This document shows, one piece after another, positions 36,801 through 49,019 of a stretch of 64,000 nucleotides of DNA. This stretch comes from Amoebophrya sp. A120. Its lineage: Eukaryota; Protista; Dinoflagellata. The notes under the pieces were generated by a model. It saw only the letters and a list, made by a program, of their open reading frames with translations, had not been told where the DNA came from and made no database searches. A program made the translations under genes and the position numbers. Numbering within the stretch: the first letter of the stretch is position 1; each line of letters starts with the position of its first letter. Where the stretch lies: NCBI GenBank assembly GCA_905178155.1, contig CAJINV010000003.1, positions 2,681,740 through 2,745,739 on the forward strand. Direction: 5' to 3'.

Positions 36801-37948
36801 TGTTGCTACCGCGCCGGATGCCGCTGGTGCTGTTGGTAAACTCGCCGTTGCTGATCGCCGCGAGCGAAATCGCCTCGGGCGGCGCCAGCCTCAAACCCAG
36901 GCCCGGATGCGATCCCAGCGTCAATTTACGAACCTGTCAACAAGTGGGATGAAATCGAAATCGTGAGGCGTAGGATAAACATAAACGTAAAAGAACAAAT
37001 ACAAATATCTTAAATATTTGTATTTGTTCTCTTTGACGAGGTGCATCTATATATTTGTACCTTTGACGAGGTGCATCTATATAATATATAGATGCACCTC
37101 GTCATAGAAAGTACTAGTAGCTCGTCTACAACCAGTACCAGACGTAGTGGTTTTTGCGAGGTGCTAGAAGTTATTTGCGCATTTGGTTACCAGATCACCC
37201 GCGAGCGACGTCGGGTGGAGGACTGGGCGAAATTCATATGGAATGCGAATGTCATGCCGACGCACTCAAGAAAACCTGAAAAGTGCAATAATCTTTTTTG
37301 TCTTGTCTACGGTACCTGTAGAGAGCTTGGCACTCTCGGCGGCGCCCGAAAGTGTATTCCCGGCGGTGCGAGGGGGTTTCGGAAACAGGAATCCTCTTCT
37401 TCCTTCGGCATGTCGTCCTTCTTCGTCGATCCCTTCCCGCGAGCGGAGAGCGCGACTGAGGGGCCGGTGTGGACGAGGTTACTCGCGTTCGGGTCGCGCG
37501 CAATGCGGGCGGCGTACTTGTGGGGCATGTTCTTCCAGCCCGCCTCCGGGCGTTTCGAGACGTCGGTGGAGGAGAAATGCAGGGTGCTCGCCCGCCTCAT
37601 CACGTGTTTGTCTGCCGGACTGATACTGTCATCAATCACCTGCTTCTGTTCTTCGTCTTTCGCTGCTGCCAGAAATTCCGGGTGGAACCGTCGACTGTCA
37701 ATCGGGCGGCCGAGAGAATCCAAAATCTGCGGGTGTGCAGCCGGTGGGCTGCCGGGCGGCGAAGCGGGTGATGCAGCTTGTTGGTTATTATTATCGCTGG
37801 GCGTCCGCGCACTCAACAAGTTGTCTGAGCGCACCGTCATCTCACCCGCCCCGTAGCTGCTGCGCACCGGGGACGACATCCCTTGGTCGTGGAATTCGTC
37901 CGGAATCGGCTCCCCAACGGGTACAGGTGCAGTCGCGTCGGCAGACAT
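30802..37948 (-). CDS. Large multi-exon protein with degenerate ricin-B (beta-trefoil)-like repeats
   Basis: NQMFVLNSDGSLSPKFKPDLCIG, TQRFLVNPDGTVSPIYRRDLCWG, YCWTLHPNRVITPQSVPEFCLG; ORFs are joined by removal of 4 introners and GT-AG introns. Confidence 0.65.
31031..31293. mobile_element. Introner, family A
   Basis: Family A TIRs; perfect TSD acttc; removal gives ATLK-YFDFEC. Confidence 0.92.
31359..31668. mobile_element. Introner, family G
   Basis: tatcaagaagacaaatcccccctccccatat ... atatggggaggggggatttttccatttgata; TSD tggtg. Confidence 0.88.
33436..33699. mobile_element. Introner, family A
   Basis: tatccattgcaaatatgtctgg ... ccagacaaatttgcaatgcata; TSD aacgg/aatgg. Confidence 0.88.
35215..35476. 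mobile_element. Introner, family A, inverted relative to the copies at 19863, 42900, 45272 and 49223
   Basis: Family A TIRs; perfect TSD ccgga; interior matches the reverse complement of 49223-49488. Confidence 0.92.
36992..37104. repeat. Two adjacent perfect palindromes (17-bp and 20-bp arms) plus a direct duplication, inside a GT-AG intron
   Basis: agaacaaatacaaatat/atatttgtatttgttct at 36992-37030; tgacgaggtgcatctatata-a-tatatagatgcacctcgtca at 37064-37104. Confidence 0.9.
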
Positions 37949-39827
37949 CCTGCCTCTTCTGGTGGAGATTATACACCTGCAGAAGCGTTCTTCGACGGCT
38001 ACCTCAACCACTGACTATCACCAAACACCGCTTGTCACACGACGGTGCTTCAGGTAGATTTTTATCCCTTCTTTTCAGTCGCATTTTTGATTTGCTATCG
38101 TTTTTGAAAAACTATGATATTTTTGAAAGGTCTGAAATGTTGTGCGAATTTCTAAATGTTGTAAATGCAAACTTAGTTACGCTGCCGCTGGCCGTGGTTC
38201 ATGTTCTCCGGGGTCGGAGACCCCATGATAAAGACCAGGACAAGGACTTGCACTTGTTATTAAACACAATTACAAAGTGATTGGTGCTGGGCGTGATTAT
38301 CTGGAAGGAGTTGGGGCTGGGGGTGTTTGGAAGCCTGTGTAGATACGTGTAAGGGCTTGGTGTTCATCGTTTCGCTGAATAGTGCTACCTGCTTAGAATT
38401 GAACGAAACAAACACGCAGCTACTCCTGTTTGAGCTTCTTCTTGTAGGAACGAATACGATGCTTGGCTGAAAGATTTTGAAGTACATTCACGATGGACGA
38501 GAAAGACCGAGGATTGTTTTATCGAAAACAGATAGAAACAGGTGCAGGCGGCTTCTGCAAGAAGATAATGACGAGTGAAATTTAGCTTTGCGCCGAACGA
38601 TACGACTTCACCACGATAGCACGTCCGAAGAAAATCGAGATCGTAACCGAGACCAAAAGCAGAGATGAATTAGAAACAGAAAGTTTATTTTCGGTGTGGG
38701 CACGATATTTTGCGGAATCTGTTTTGCTGTTGCATTTTGACGTAGCTACGAGTCCAAATTCTCTCAAGGCTTCGAAAATCTCCGTCGAAGCGTTGCAGAT
38801 TTTTGCTTGTCGTCAAACTCGTCGAGTCCAAAGAACGAAAACGAGGCTGCTACCACCAGAAGGGCGTCAGAGTGAGAAGGTGGAAGATGCTAATCGCACG
38901 AGGGACATCGAACACGAAACTGGTGCTGGTGGCTCCCAGCCGTACCACGCATATTCATATTGCACAATTATCTCAAGAAGACCTGACTTAATCATGCGCG
39001 TACCGCACTGGTATAGGTTTTGATGCTTTTTTTGAAAAAAACTTGGCGACATTTTGTTGTAACTCCCTGATTGCCATAATCATGTATCATTGCTTCTGTT
39101 TCAGACAAAAGAGGCACTCTGTCTTCATCTTCTTCTAGGTGGTAAGTAGCAAGGTCGACGACTATGACTATCGCTATGCTTATAAAAGGTCCAAGAAGTG
39201 GATAAATGCTTCGGGGACCACCCGAACGGTTCAACTTCAATCAGAGACAAGGTTGCGCCCATTGCCCGCTCCGCTGCCCATTCAGATTCTGTGCGTCGGA
39301 CTTTTTTATTTTCTTCATGGTTTTTTACTTGTTTCTGTTACGAACGAGTTCGACGTCGCCCCAAGGCGACGTCATCATCTATTTCGTCCTTGTTTTGATA
39401 CGTGGTCGCACTCGCACATCAGTGTGGTTCCTGTCTCGTCGCAGCGCTAGAGAGACTGGAGCGTGCTGCTAGAAGTTTTGGTTCGGTGCAAGCAGTTGCA
39501 GCAAGTACGACCTAGTTAGCATGTTGACGGCATTCTCGGAAGACTTTGTTGTAATTATCTTCGCATCATGATCAGCTTCCGCATGCGCATCAGCTCGAGA
39601 AATGTGTCGTCGTACATTGCTGTTGCAAAGTGCATTGTCGTACGTAGCGGTGTTGTTCCTTCAAGTCGTGGTGAGTAGTCTCCAGCTTTTATTTACTGAT
39701 CTTGTGAGAGTTCAATCGTCGTGCCAATGCAGCTACTGTGCTATTTGTCCTCATTTATAAATTAGTAGAACTCGTCTTCGTGAACAACAATCGGTGAAGA
39801 TGTAGATGAGATAGTCCGGCATCGCCA

Positions 39828-42800
39828 TCACTGCTTCCGGGCCCGCTTCGCGGGACGCCGGTCCTCTTCCTCGGAGGAGGACTCGGAGGAGTCGGATTCC
39901 TGCGAGTTTTCCTCCGATTGCGATTCGTCATCGTCTGAGGAGGACGAAGAATTTGAGGATTCGTCGTCGGATGATTCCGAGGACTCGTTTCCCTTGTTCT
40001 TCTTCACCGCCGCCTGTTTATGTTTATCGCCACCTGCCTGCTTTGATGCCTTGGCAGCATTTGCATTGCGCGACGGACTTTGACGTTTATTGCTGTCCTT
40101 CTGCTTGTTGTTTTCGACACGACGACTTGCAGCTTGATCCACATTGTTCTTCCCGGAGCGTTTATTGATTGCGGCATTCTTGTTCGTGCCGGCCGGCGCG
40201 CCACTTGAAGTAGTAGAGCTGTTCTTCGAAGTAGGCTTGGCACTGGTCGTGCCGGCGGCGCGCTTGGCGTTAGCGGCCCGGTCTTTGATGTTCTCGTCCT
40301 TCTTCGCAGTTGTAGATCGGTTGTTCTCCTCGCGGCCGCGCCGGGGCTGGTTGGTCTTCCGCGGCGGAGGCTGCGCATCTTCGTTGGAATCACTAGACTT
40401 CGAGTCGTCGTCGTCCGAAGAGTCATCGTCATCTTCCTCACTGGAGCTGTCCGACTTGGAAGCCCGTTTTTTCTTTGCCTGCTGCTGGTCTGCACGCTTG
40501 TTGTTCGTGGCTATTCGACTGCTGCTCTCCTTGGCGGCTCCTTCACCCGCTCGCGGCCGCGCGGATAGTTGTGCCACCGTAGGTCGGGGCGCCGGTCTCT
40601 TCAAGGTCACTCCCCCAGAGGTGGTCGCAGTAGTACCACCTCCCGACTTGTTGATGTTCCGCGACGAATCATTTTGATGTCCACCTCGTCCCCGAAGGTT
40701 GTTGTCCGGAGGCGACGCGCCGTTCCGCCGGAAGTTGACGGCAAAGTTGGCACCGCGGCTATCCTGAGTAAAAACGTACCCACACCATAGTCAAGATGGT
40801 GAATCGGCTAGACAAATCCACAAGCTTTGGCTGTTTTGCATGACAAATTTGGATTCGTAGTGTAGTGCTGTTTGAGCTATCTCAGCAGCATCACAGATGT
40901 AGCATACCATGCTGATTGGAGCATGACAAATTGCAAAACACGACTAGAAAATGCTTCTCATGGGGCTCCGCATGAGAGACATTTTCAGCATGCAGATTTG
41001 CATTACAACTCTATTGTGGGTACGTTTTTACTCAGGATAGCGGCCGCGAGCGCGCGGCGGCTTTTGCTCCTCCTCCGAGGGGGTGTCGTCGGATCCGGAG
41101 GAGTTGGACTCATCGTCACTTATGACAGTGCACAACTCCCCCTCCCCCTCATTTGTATTGCATGAACAGCAATACAAGCGTCAGCAAGAATACAGATTTT
41201 GCATGTCAAATTTGGACAGGAGTGTAGTGCTATTTGGACTGCCAGAACTTGTCATGCAAACAGTGCCAAATAAAGGCACTTTGCATGAGAAATGAGGGGG
41301 AGGGGGGGTTGTGCACTTTCATATCACTTGAACTCGATGGCGAATCCGACCCGGAGCTTGAGGACGCTGACCGCCGGCCCGTCCCACGAGGGCGATGATC
41401 TCCTCCTCGCGCATGATGCTTCTTGGTCGCATTATTTGTTCCCCTCACCTGCTGGTTGCGGGAAGTTGTGGACAAGTGTAGATGTTGACCCTGCTTCGAA
41501 GTAGCACTGGCCCCGTTGTTGTGCGTGTTCCCCCGGTCGCGCAGTGCGTTTTTGGCACTCTTTTCGTGACCGCGGAGGTCCCCCGTGCTGTCGTGGTCCT
41601 GGCGGGGCAAAAGCTCCACGATCCTGCTGCTCTTGTTGTTATCGCGGCCACCACGGCCACGCGGAGATCGGCGGTCGTTCGAGGACCGACGCTTTTGCAC
41701 CACCGACGCACCCCGATGGTCGTTGTCGCGGCCGTAGGACGCAGCACGACGCGAACGGCGGTCCGCGTTGCGGTCATTCTCGTCGTGGTACTGATCGTGT
41801 TGCCAATTTTCGTCAATGTCCTGGTAGGAAAACTCGTTGCCCTTGCCCGTGGTACCACCGTGTTTGTTGTATTTCCCGTACGCGGCGCCCTTGCCGCCTT
41901 TGTCGAAAAACGAGGACCCGTTCTTGTCTCCGCGACCACCGCTTTCGTGCAGTAATTCCCTGCCGCCCTTTCCGAACTTTCCGCCCTTGCCCCCCTCGCC
42001 GAACTTTCCGCCCTTGCCGCGGCAGGTATGGAAGCGTCAGGTCGGAAATGGGCATCAGAATGGGAAAAAAACTTATATGTTTATGCATAGTTGCAGGCAA
42101 CAAAAACAACCACAATGGGAGATTCTAAGACTGAATAGGCTTTTGCTCGAGATTGAATGCCCAGGTGCCCTCTGTAAAATTTAATGTCACGTGCCGCATA
42201 GTACTAGAAATTGAAGTTGCGGAAGATCCAATGGGTACTGTCGATTGTATTTGAGCCAGCGCATCACAATTCTTTTCCACTTCGTGTCGATTTCTCAAGT
42301 CGCTGACACTTCCATACTAGGCGTTGGTCGCGTTGTAGGCCGATCCTCGGCCGCCCTCCATTGCCTGCCGCTCGTCCCGCGACAGCCGCTTCGTGAAAAA
42401 GTCACTGCCCGAATCATCGTCCGACGAGTTGTACATGCTCTTACGCGGCGCACGCTTGGCGCCGCGACCGCGGACCCGCATCTTTCCGTCGTCTTCCGCG
42501 CCCCCCTCGTAATTCTGCCCTTGCCGCGCACGGTAGTTCGTGCCGCCGGCGGGCGTGGACCCACTCTCGCGGCGGTCCTTGTCCTTTTTGTTCGGAATAG
42601 TTGTATCAGCGGCTGCTTGCTCATCATGGTCCTGCTGGTGGTCCTTCATGTCCTCCGCTACCACAGAGTCGCTGTGGTCCTTCCGGGTCGTGGTCCCCGA
42701 GTTTTTATCGCGATCGTCCTCGTCGGCCTGCTTAGTTTTGTTGTTCACACTATCCTTCTCGTCCTCCTCTTGCTCTTTCAAACTCCCGCGGTGGTAGTCG

Positions 42801-43258
42801 TCGACCAACAGCTGGGAGACCTTCACCTCCGGCGGAAGTTCCTCGTTCAGCTTCTTTTTGCCCTTGGTGGGTCGCGCGGTATAGTTCTGCACCCCGACCT
42901 ATCAAGTGCAAAAGTGTCTGGGTCTGGAAGAGTGGAAGATTTGTCATGCAGGTTTTCCATGGCCCATGAGGTCTGTAATGCATGGTCTAGCATCACAGAT
43001 TTTAAGAGGGCTTCCTGATGCCTGTTCCGCATGAGAAATACCCTCTCGCCGTGGCAAAAACTGGACTCCTCTTGCTGGTCATGCATTACAGATTTTTTTT
43101 GAATCCGAAGACAGCATCACAAGTTACAACCTTCCAGACCCAGACATTTTTGCATTTGATACGACCGTGCACTCCCACGTCCAGTGGCCCGCCTTGTTGC
43201 AGTTCTGGCACCGCGCGTTCGGCACGTACGTGCCTTGCCGGGAGAGTGGCTTGTCCAT
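39828..43258 (-). CDS. ZCCHC10: ZCCHC10-like CCHC zinc knuckle protein with long G/K/R- and S/D/E-rich low-complexity tail
   Basis: First exon RCQNCNKAGHWTWEC followed by YTARPT after introner removal; Ser/acidic C-terminus; four introners. Confidence 0.7.
40760..41039. mobile_element. Introner, family E
   Basis: tatcctgagtaaaaacgtacccaca ... tgtgggtacgtttttactcaggata; TSD gcggc. Confidence 0.92.
41121..41323. mobile_element. Introner, family F
   Basis: tatgacagtgcacaactccccctccccctcattt ... aaatgagggggagggggggttgtgcactttcata; TSD tcact. Confidence 0.9.
42027..42316. mobile_element. Degenerate introner, family H
   Basis: tatggaagcgtcag ... ctgacacttccata; diverged TSD gcagg/ctagg; removal of 295 nt rejoins two long ORFs in frame. 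Confidence 0.75.
42900..43161. mobile_element. Introner, family A
   Basis: Family A TIRs; perfect TSD cgacc. Confidence 0.92.
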
Positions 43259-44539
43259 CGAATAAAGGACTCCGCAGTTAATTCAAATTATGATCTACTC
43301 GACGGACGCACGCCGAGGAAGCCGACGTGGATGCTGAATAAGTACCACCGTCGTATTGATCGATAGACCAACCTCCAGCGAAGTAGTAGAAGATGTTGAA
43401 ATCGATGAAGAAGTGGATGGTTGCGTGGTCCTCGTCCTCAGCCACACAGATAATTCCTGCGAGTGATTCAACTCCTTTTCCGCTTCTTGTTGGGTGGAAA
43501 ACGGAGATATTCAAGCTAACTACTATACCAATAATACACAACCACGCCACTACTTCGAGTTCGATTGTTTTCTTCACGACCTCAAGTCGCTTGATGGGAC
43601 ATTCAACTAACAACCACCAGGACGAGCAACCCTAGATGTATGATGGAGTCAATTGAAAGAATTCCTCCTGTGGGTCGCTTCGCGATCGCATATGTAGAAA
43701 TTCCGTGCTGTAATCTTCGGGTTAATGGAAACCATTACCCTTTATCATATTATCAGGCATACTAGTTAAATAGCCAGCAAAATCTCCACTGGATTGGAAA
43801 TTTCGCATGAAGTAAGAATAGAAACAACAAATTTGATAAATCCTTGTTCTCTCTTTGTCCTGCAGCGTTATGTTGGGAATTGACTTGAATCTAACGAGTA
43901 ATTTCAATTTCAATTTGCGATGCTTGATACTTACTCGATTTGTCTTTTTGTCCGTGTCCTATTTGAAGATCTCCTTGATGGCGTACTACTTTGTCATTTT
44001 CCTCTATCGACATACAACATACAAAGGGAAAGGCAGGGGCATCGAGGAATGTTATCGTCGCATGCGGGGATGATCCTCCTAGCACTTAAACCTCCATTTT
44101 TGAATCATGTTGTTCTGGTAATTTCAGGATCATCTTCGTGCAAAGTGTGGATTTGTGTGATCGATTCTGCACGAGGTGTCAGTGACTGATTCATTTTGTG
44201 TCGTGCAGCCGGAACTATTTTTGCACATAGGTTGAGATCTTCTTAAATTGGACTTACTGTGGTCGTGGTTATCTTCAGAGTCCTCTCAACATAGTCCCCA
44301 AAACATCCGATCTGGAACAGAGATTCTAATCCGCAGCAGTCTTCCTCTTCGGTAAAAAAATTTAGGAAGAGTCCACCGTCACTGTAGGAATACAGTACGG
44401 GCACGACGGCGCCGGTGCAATTCGTCATCGTTTCAGAAGGGCTACAGCTACTCGTACTCGAACATGAAGAGACTTTTTCAACATTAAATGTTGACCATCA
44501 TAAACACTCGTGACGCGGCAGCGAATCGATTTCAGGACC

Positions 44540-47500
44540 TCAGCACCCAAGATATGCAAGTGCTTCGTTGAGTTCTTTTTCCGTGGCCACCTTCTCTTTC
44601 TCCTCTGCGCTCAGTTCGCTTTTCTCCTTCAGCTTTTCGATTTGCGTCAACTTCTTCTTCAAAGCTTTGGCTTTCTTCTGTTTCTGCTCGTCATCATGGA
44701 TCGCCATCACCTCCTCAAGCAACGGTTTCTTATTCGGGAGGACTTCGGCCGCAGTAACAGAAGCCTGCTCGGGCACTTGCTGTTCTTTCTGTTTTTCGTT
44801 TGTTCGCGAAGATGGAGAGAACTCAGCTTCCGCTGGTGGCTGCTGTGTCTGCTTTGGTTCCTTCTTGGCCTTTGGTTTGTTTTTTGCGGCAGCTTTAGTA
44901 CCACTAGGCCCTCCGCCGGCGGGCTCGATTTTTACGTTCCGCAAATGAGGCGGCACATATGCTTTTTTCATGTGTTCCGGCACGCCGTTGGAAGTAGACA
45001 AACCCTTGCCAGCCGTTTCATCCCCCAGCTTCTTCGCGGCAATAATCACAGCTTCTGGAAAAACAACGCTGGTGAGATCGGTCATGTCCGTTTTTTTCCA
45101 GTCACTTCCGGTGACACAATCTGCGAAGGTTATGCCATACAGCTGGTCGTCGGCTTCGAGCGGCTTTACGGCACCCGTAGACACATCAGCCGTGGCAGCG
45201 GTGGAGCTACCACTGTCAAGTGTCAACCCTCCCGCGAAGTCGTACAAGCGAAATGAGCATTCGGAGCGAATTATCAAATGTAAAAATGTCTGGGTCTGGA
45301 ACATTGCTGGGTTTGTCATGCATATTTTGCATGAGTCCTCGTGTCGGTGATGCATGCCCTAGCATCACAGATTTTTTGAGGGCTTCTTGATGCCTACTCC
45401 ACATGACAAATGCCGTCGCCGCGTAGCAAAAATCACACTCCTTTTGCTGGTCATGCAATACAGATTTTTCTAGATTCCAAAGACAGCATCACAAGTTCCA
45501 ACCTTCCAGACCCAGACATATTTGCAATGCATACGAATGCGTGGAGCCAGCGTGCTGCACAGAACGGAGAGTCCGAAACGGTGTATGGCGTTCTCAAACG
45601 TTACATTCTCAACTTTTACATGAATTTGTCATGCAAGAGCACCTTAAGCCGGCAGATGATCGAGCTGCTTCGCATCACAAATTTCGGGAGGGCTAGACAG
45701 CATGTAAATCTGCGCCAAACTTGTAATGCAAAAGGCGCCATCTTCCCCCCTTCACTTTTGCCAGTCTTGCATTACAAATTCATGGAACAATTGAGAATGT
45801 AACGTTTGAGAACGCCATACGGTCATACTCGATGTTTGTGCAGCGGTTGAAGTTGGCCGTGCGAATGCTCTATGCATTGCAAAAGGAAAAATATCGCTAC
45901 CGGAATCGGGCTAGCACTAACAGGAACAATCGCATAAACAAGTGTTTTGAAGAAAAACCATCCAACAAGGCGGGGCGGGGGCAACGTCATGCAAATTCAA
46001 GTAAGAAAGCAGATGCAGTAGATCCATCTGATTCTGATCCCATGCGCGACTGCCATTCTTTCTAAGAGTTAAAGTAGGACACCACCAGCACGATATTTAT
46101 ACTTTTGCACAGGATATTTTCGAGAACTGGGGTGGCTTTTTCGTGCCATGGTTCGCGTTGTGGTAAAAGTCCAGGTCCCCGGCGAGATTCCCCAGCCCAG
46201 CAAGGACGAAGTGATCCCCGGATGGCGACCACGCGATGTGGTTCCGGCGCAGGGACTTGTCAGGCACGATCTGCTGCAGGGTTTTCGACGGGTTGGCCCC
46301 GGAAATTAACGACAGCGAACAAGGCAAGGTACGCCCCTCGAGCACCAGAAACTCGTTTCGCCGCGGATTCCACGCGGCGGTTTGGATTTCCCCGAGATTC
46401 ACGGGCCCACTACTTGTTTCGGAGCAAGACAAGTGAAAGAGCGTCGTGGCGCCGTAGTAGCTGTTTTAATTTTACTATGCAAGTTCTTGCTATTGCTACT
46501 GCTCCTTTTCAGTCTTTGTCATATCGTACTTGCTTACGCACCAGTGGCACATTGTTGATGCTCCCAGCAATCCTTACACTTTCAGTGTACCTGTAGAAAA
46601 TCTGAGTCGTGGTGGAAGTAACTTCTTTAAACTTCCAGTCGTACTACATAGATCATAAGTACCTTGTCTCGCAATCCAGTGAGTCGCCCTTGGTGTAATC
46701 TTGCCCACTGAATACCAACACCGCTGCTGGGAGCTTGCTCATGTTCCAGCGAAGCAATACGGATGAGGCATTGTAGAAGGATTTTGAGCTCACGGGGCGC
46801 TGCAGCGCGGCATTTGTGTCTGCGGTCAGCTCGAACAAGCTTACCTTACCCGGTTGGGCCTTCGCCTCAGGGACGAACGCCGCGACAAAGAAACGCGACT
46901 GCTGGTCCGCGGCTGGGCTTTCGCCACCCTCTTCCTCTAGAAGGGACCGGATTGTCGCTGCTGTGGCCGGAAGCAAATGGGAACCGGGGCTGGAAAAGTT
47001 GTTTTTGGATACGTAGAAGGGACAGGCGTCGCTTTGGGTCGAGGCGGTGCAGCCGAGCACGCCGTTCGATATTTCGAATTGCGATATGTTCGGAAGCGCC
47101 AGCTTTTTTCGATTCAGGTCGGACTGGAAGGCTTGGCTGACCTCTTCCCCGGTTGGAAGCCCGGAGGCTGCGCCAGCGTCACCTACGATGAAAGTGGATT
47201 CGCGAACAGTTTTCTGTTTAACGAAGACCTAGACCGACGGGGATGGGTGAGCGTGAGCCATCTGGTGGATTGCATGCATGATTGAGATTGACTAGAAGTA
47301 GGTTGCTTGATGTGTAAAAATCATAAAAAAACTACGCTACGTGGTCGTGGGGGAGCGAAAAAGAGAAGAACCCCAGGAGAACTTGTACCTGTAGTGCGTT
47401 TCTTCCAAAACGTCTTGCAGAGAGTTAGGGATCGCAAGTCCACTACATTGAGGCCGTTCCCGACGGCACGACAGCAGAACTCCTCGCCGGCCGAGAGTTT

Positions 47501-47977
47501 CCATGCGGGCCAATTCAACGAGGGCTTTAGAGTCTGGATGGTGCAGCCGTCAACGCAAACGGCTTCACTCTTGGCCCAGTCCAAATACCACAAGTTCGCG
47601 TTATTTCCACCGCTTTTCACGTAGTGCTCGTACGTCGCGATGAAGTTCCCCAACGGTGAAAAATATGCTTCGACGACCCCTCGCTGTTTCTCGTTTTTTA
47701 CTTGTGGTCTGAGTTCGATCATCTGCAAGGCTTCTGAAGTCGTTTTTGCGTAAATGCGCATGAGCGGCTCGTCGTTGGTGCTGTCCCCGGAAGATTTTCG
47801 CTCCTTCTTGCCGAGAATGGCGTAGCGACCGCAGTTTTCAGCGTAGACTACACACCGCGCAGCGCTGTCAACGCGCATCTTCCCGTTGGCACAATCGTGC
47901 GGCTCAGGTGGTCCATGATCCTCCGTCGCCCCATCCGCGAAAATGCCACGGCTTTTTGACAACCCGAACAACTTCAT
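44540..47977 (-). CDS. EIF2A: Eukaryotic translation initiation factor 2A (WD40 beta-propeller), multi-exon
   Basis: FSPLGNFIATYE, FVPEAKAQPGKV, RNHIAWSPSGDHFVLAGLGNLAGDLDFY, STLAPRIR, KAYVPPHLR, KALKKKLTQIEKLKEK. Confidence 0.9.
45272..45533. mobile_element. Introner, family A, in eIF2A
   Basis: Family A TIRs; perfect TSD cgaat; removal gives LAPRIR-SECSFRLYDF. Confidence 0.92.
45584..45819. mobile_element. Introner, family B, in eIF2A
   Basis: Perfect 29-bp TIR tatggcgttctcaaacgttacattctcaa; TSD cggtg/cggtc. Confidence 0.92.
45871..46116. mobile_element. Degenerate introner, family C, in eIF2A
   Basis: tatgcattgcaaaagg ... cttttgcacaggata; diverged TSD tgctc/ttttc; frame restored PQFSK-IRTANFNRC. 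Confidence 0.75.
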
Positions 47978-49019
47978 TTTTCGGTCCGTCTCACGCCGAA
48001 TATATCACGTAGGCGTAGTACCCAAATGTGGGGCCAAAGACAAAATCTTCAATAGACAGCGATAATGTGAATGTGATGAATCTGCATGTGGTGTATACAG
48101 TTACTCAGCATGAAATGAATCTACGATCTCACTTAATACACATCCTTCACATGATTTATTTTTTTTTAATCACAAATCACCAAAAACTAAAACACAGGGG
48201 CCTGGAGTGTTTCTAACAGAGAGAATCATCAAAGCTCAGAAGGAGCTAGGTGGGCGAAATTCGGCATCGAAGTTTCTAAATCAAATCGGCAAGTAGACAG
48301 AGCGCCGGCAGAAGCTGGAACTCCCTCGTCTTGCAGGGAACCAACGAAAAAATTACGCGATCCCACTGCTGTTCTTAGTGTTCTCCGCTAGTTAGATCTC
48401 GTTGTATTAAACAAGGATCTGTCTGGATCAGGGTCGTTCAATCCGAGAGACCGGGACAGAAGGGAGCAAAGAAAGGTACTACATAAGCGTGACCGTGAGT
48501 TGCCTTTTCGTACGCCTTTGTCTTTGCATACACCACAATCCAATTGCGGCACAGAAGCTTGTTGCTGTTGAAGATATTCCGTCGAACGCAACAATCGCAA
48601 ATCGCGAATACAGGTCCGCCTCAGGAATTCCATGCGTTTAGGCTGCTTCCCCAGCTTCCTAGTATCTTTCTATGTCATAGGTTGGGTATCGCGGCCACGA
48701 CTGGCGTAGAGTTGTTGAAGACGCACATTTAAGGAAATCATTTTGGAGCAGGTTTCTTCTTGTACGAGGTACCCGTTCTCACACGCAACGTGATCATATT
48801 CATTTATCTTCCTGTTTGCTTTATATCTGTGGCGCTTTAGCATCGCCTTCTTCTTGATCCTTCATCAGTCGCTATATGTTTTTCCAAGGGCGAGGGGGGG
48901 GAGAAGACGGTAAAAAAAAGCTACCATCAACGAGGAACTGGAACTCTGCGTGTCTCGCAAAATAAACCGGCAACCCATGGTGCAGAGTCAGCGAGGTTGT
49001 AATGATTGACACTTTCTTG

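Noticed and set aside
45272-45533. Recurrent peptides such as [17 protein letters not shown] and CKNVWVWK appearing in many ORFs as a protein domain
   Set aside because: They are translations of the family A terminal inverted repeat
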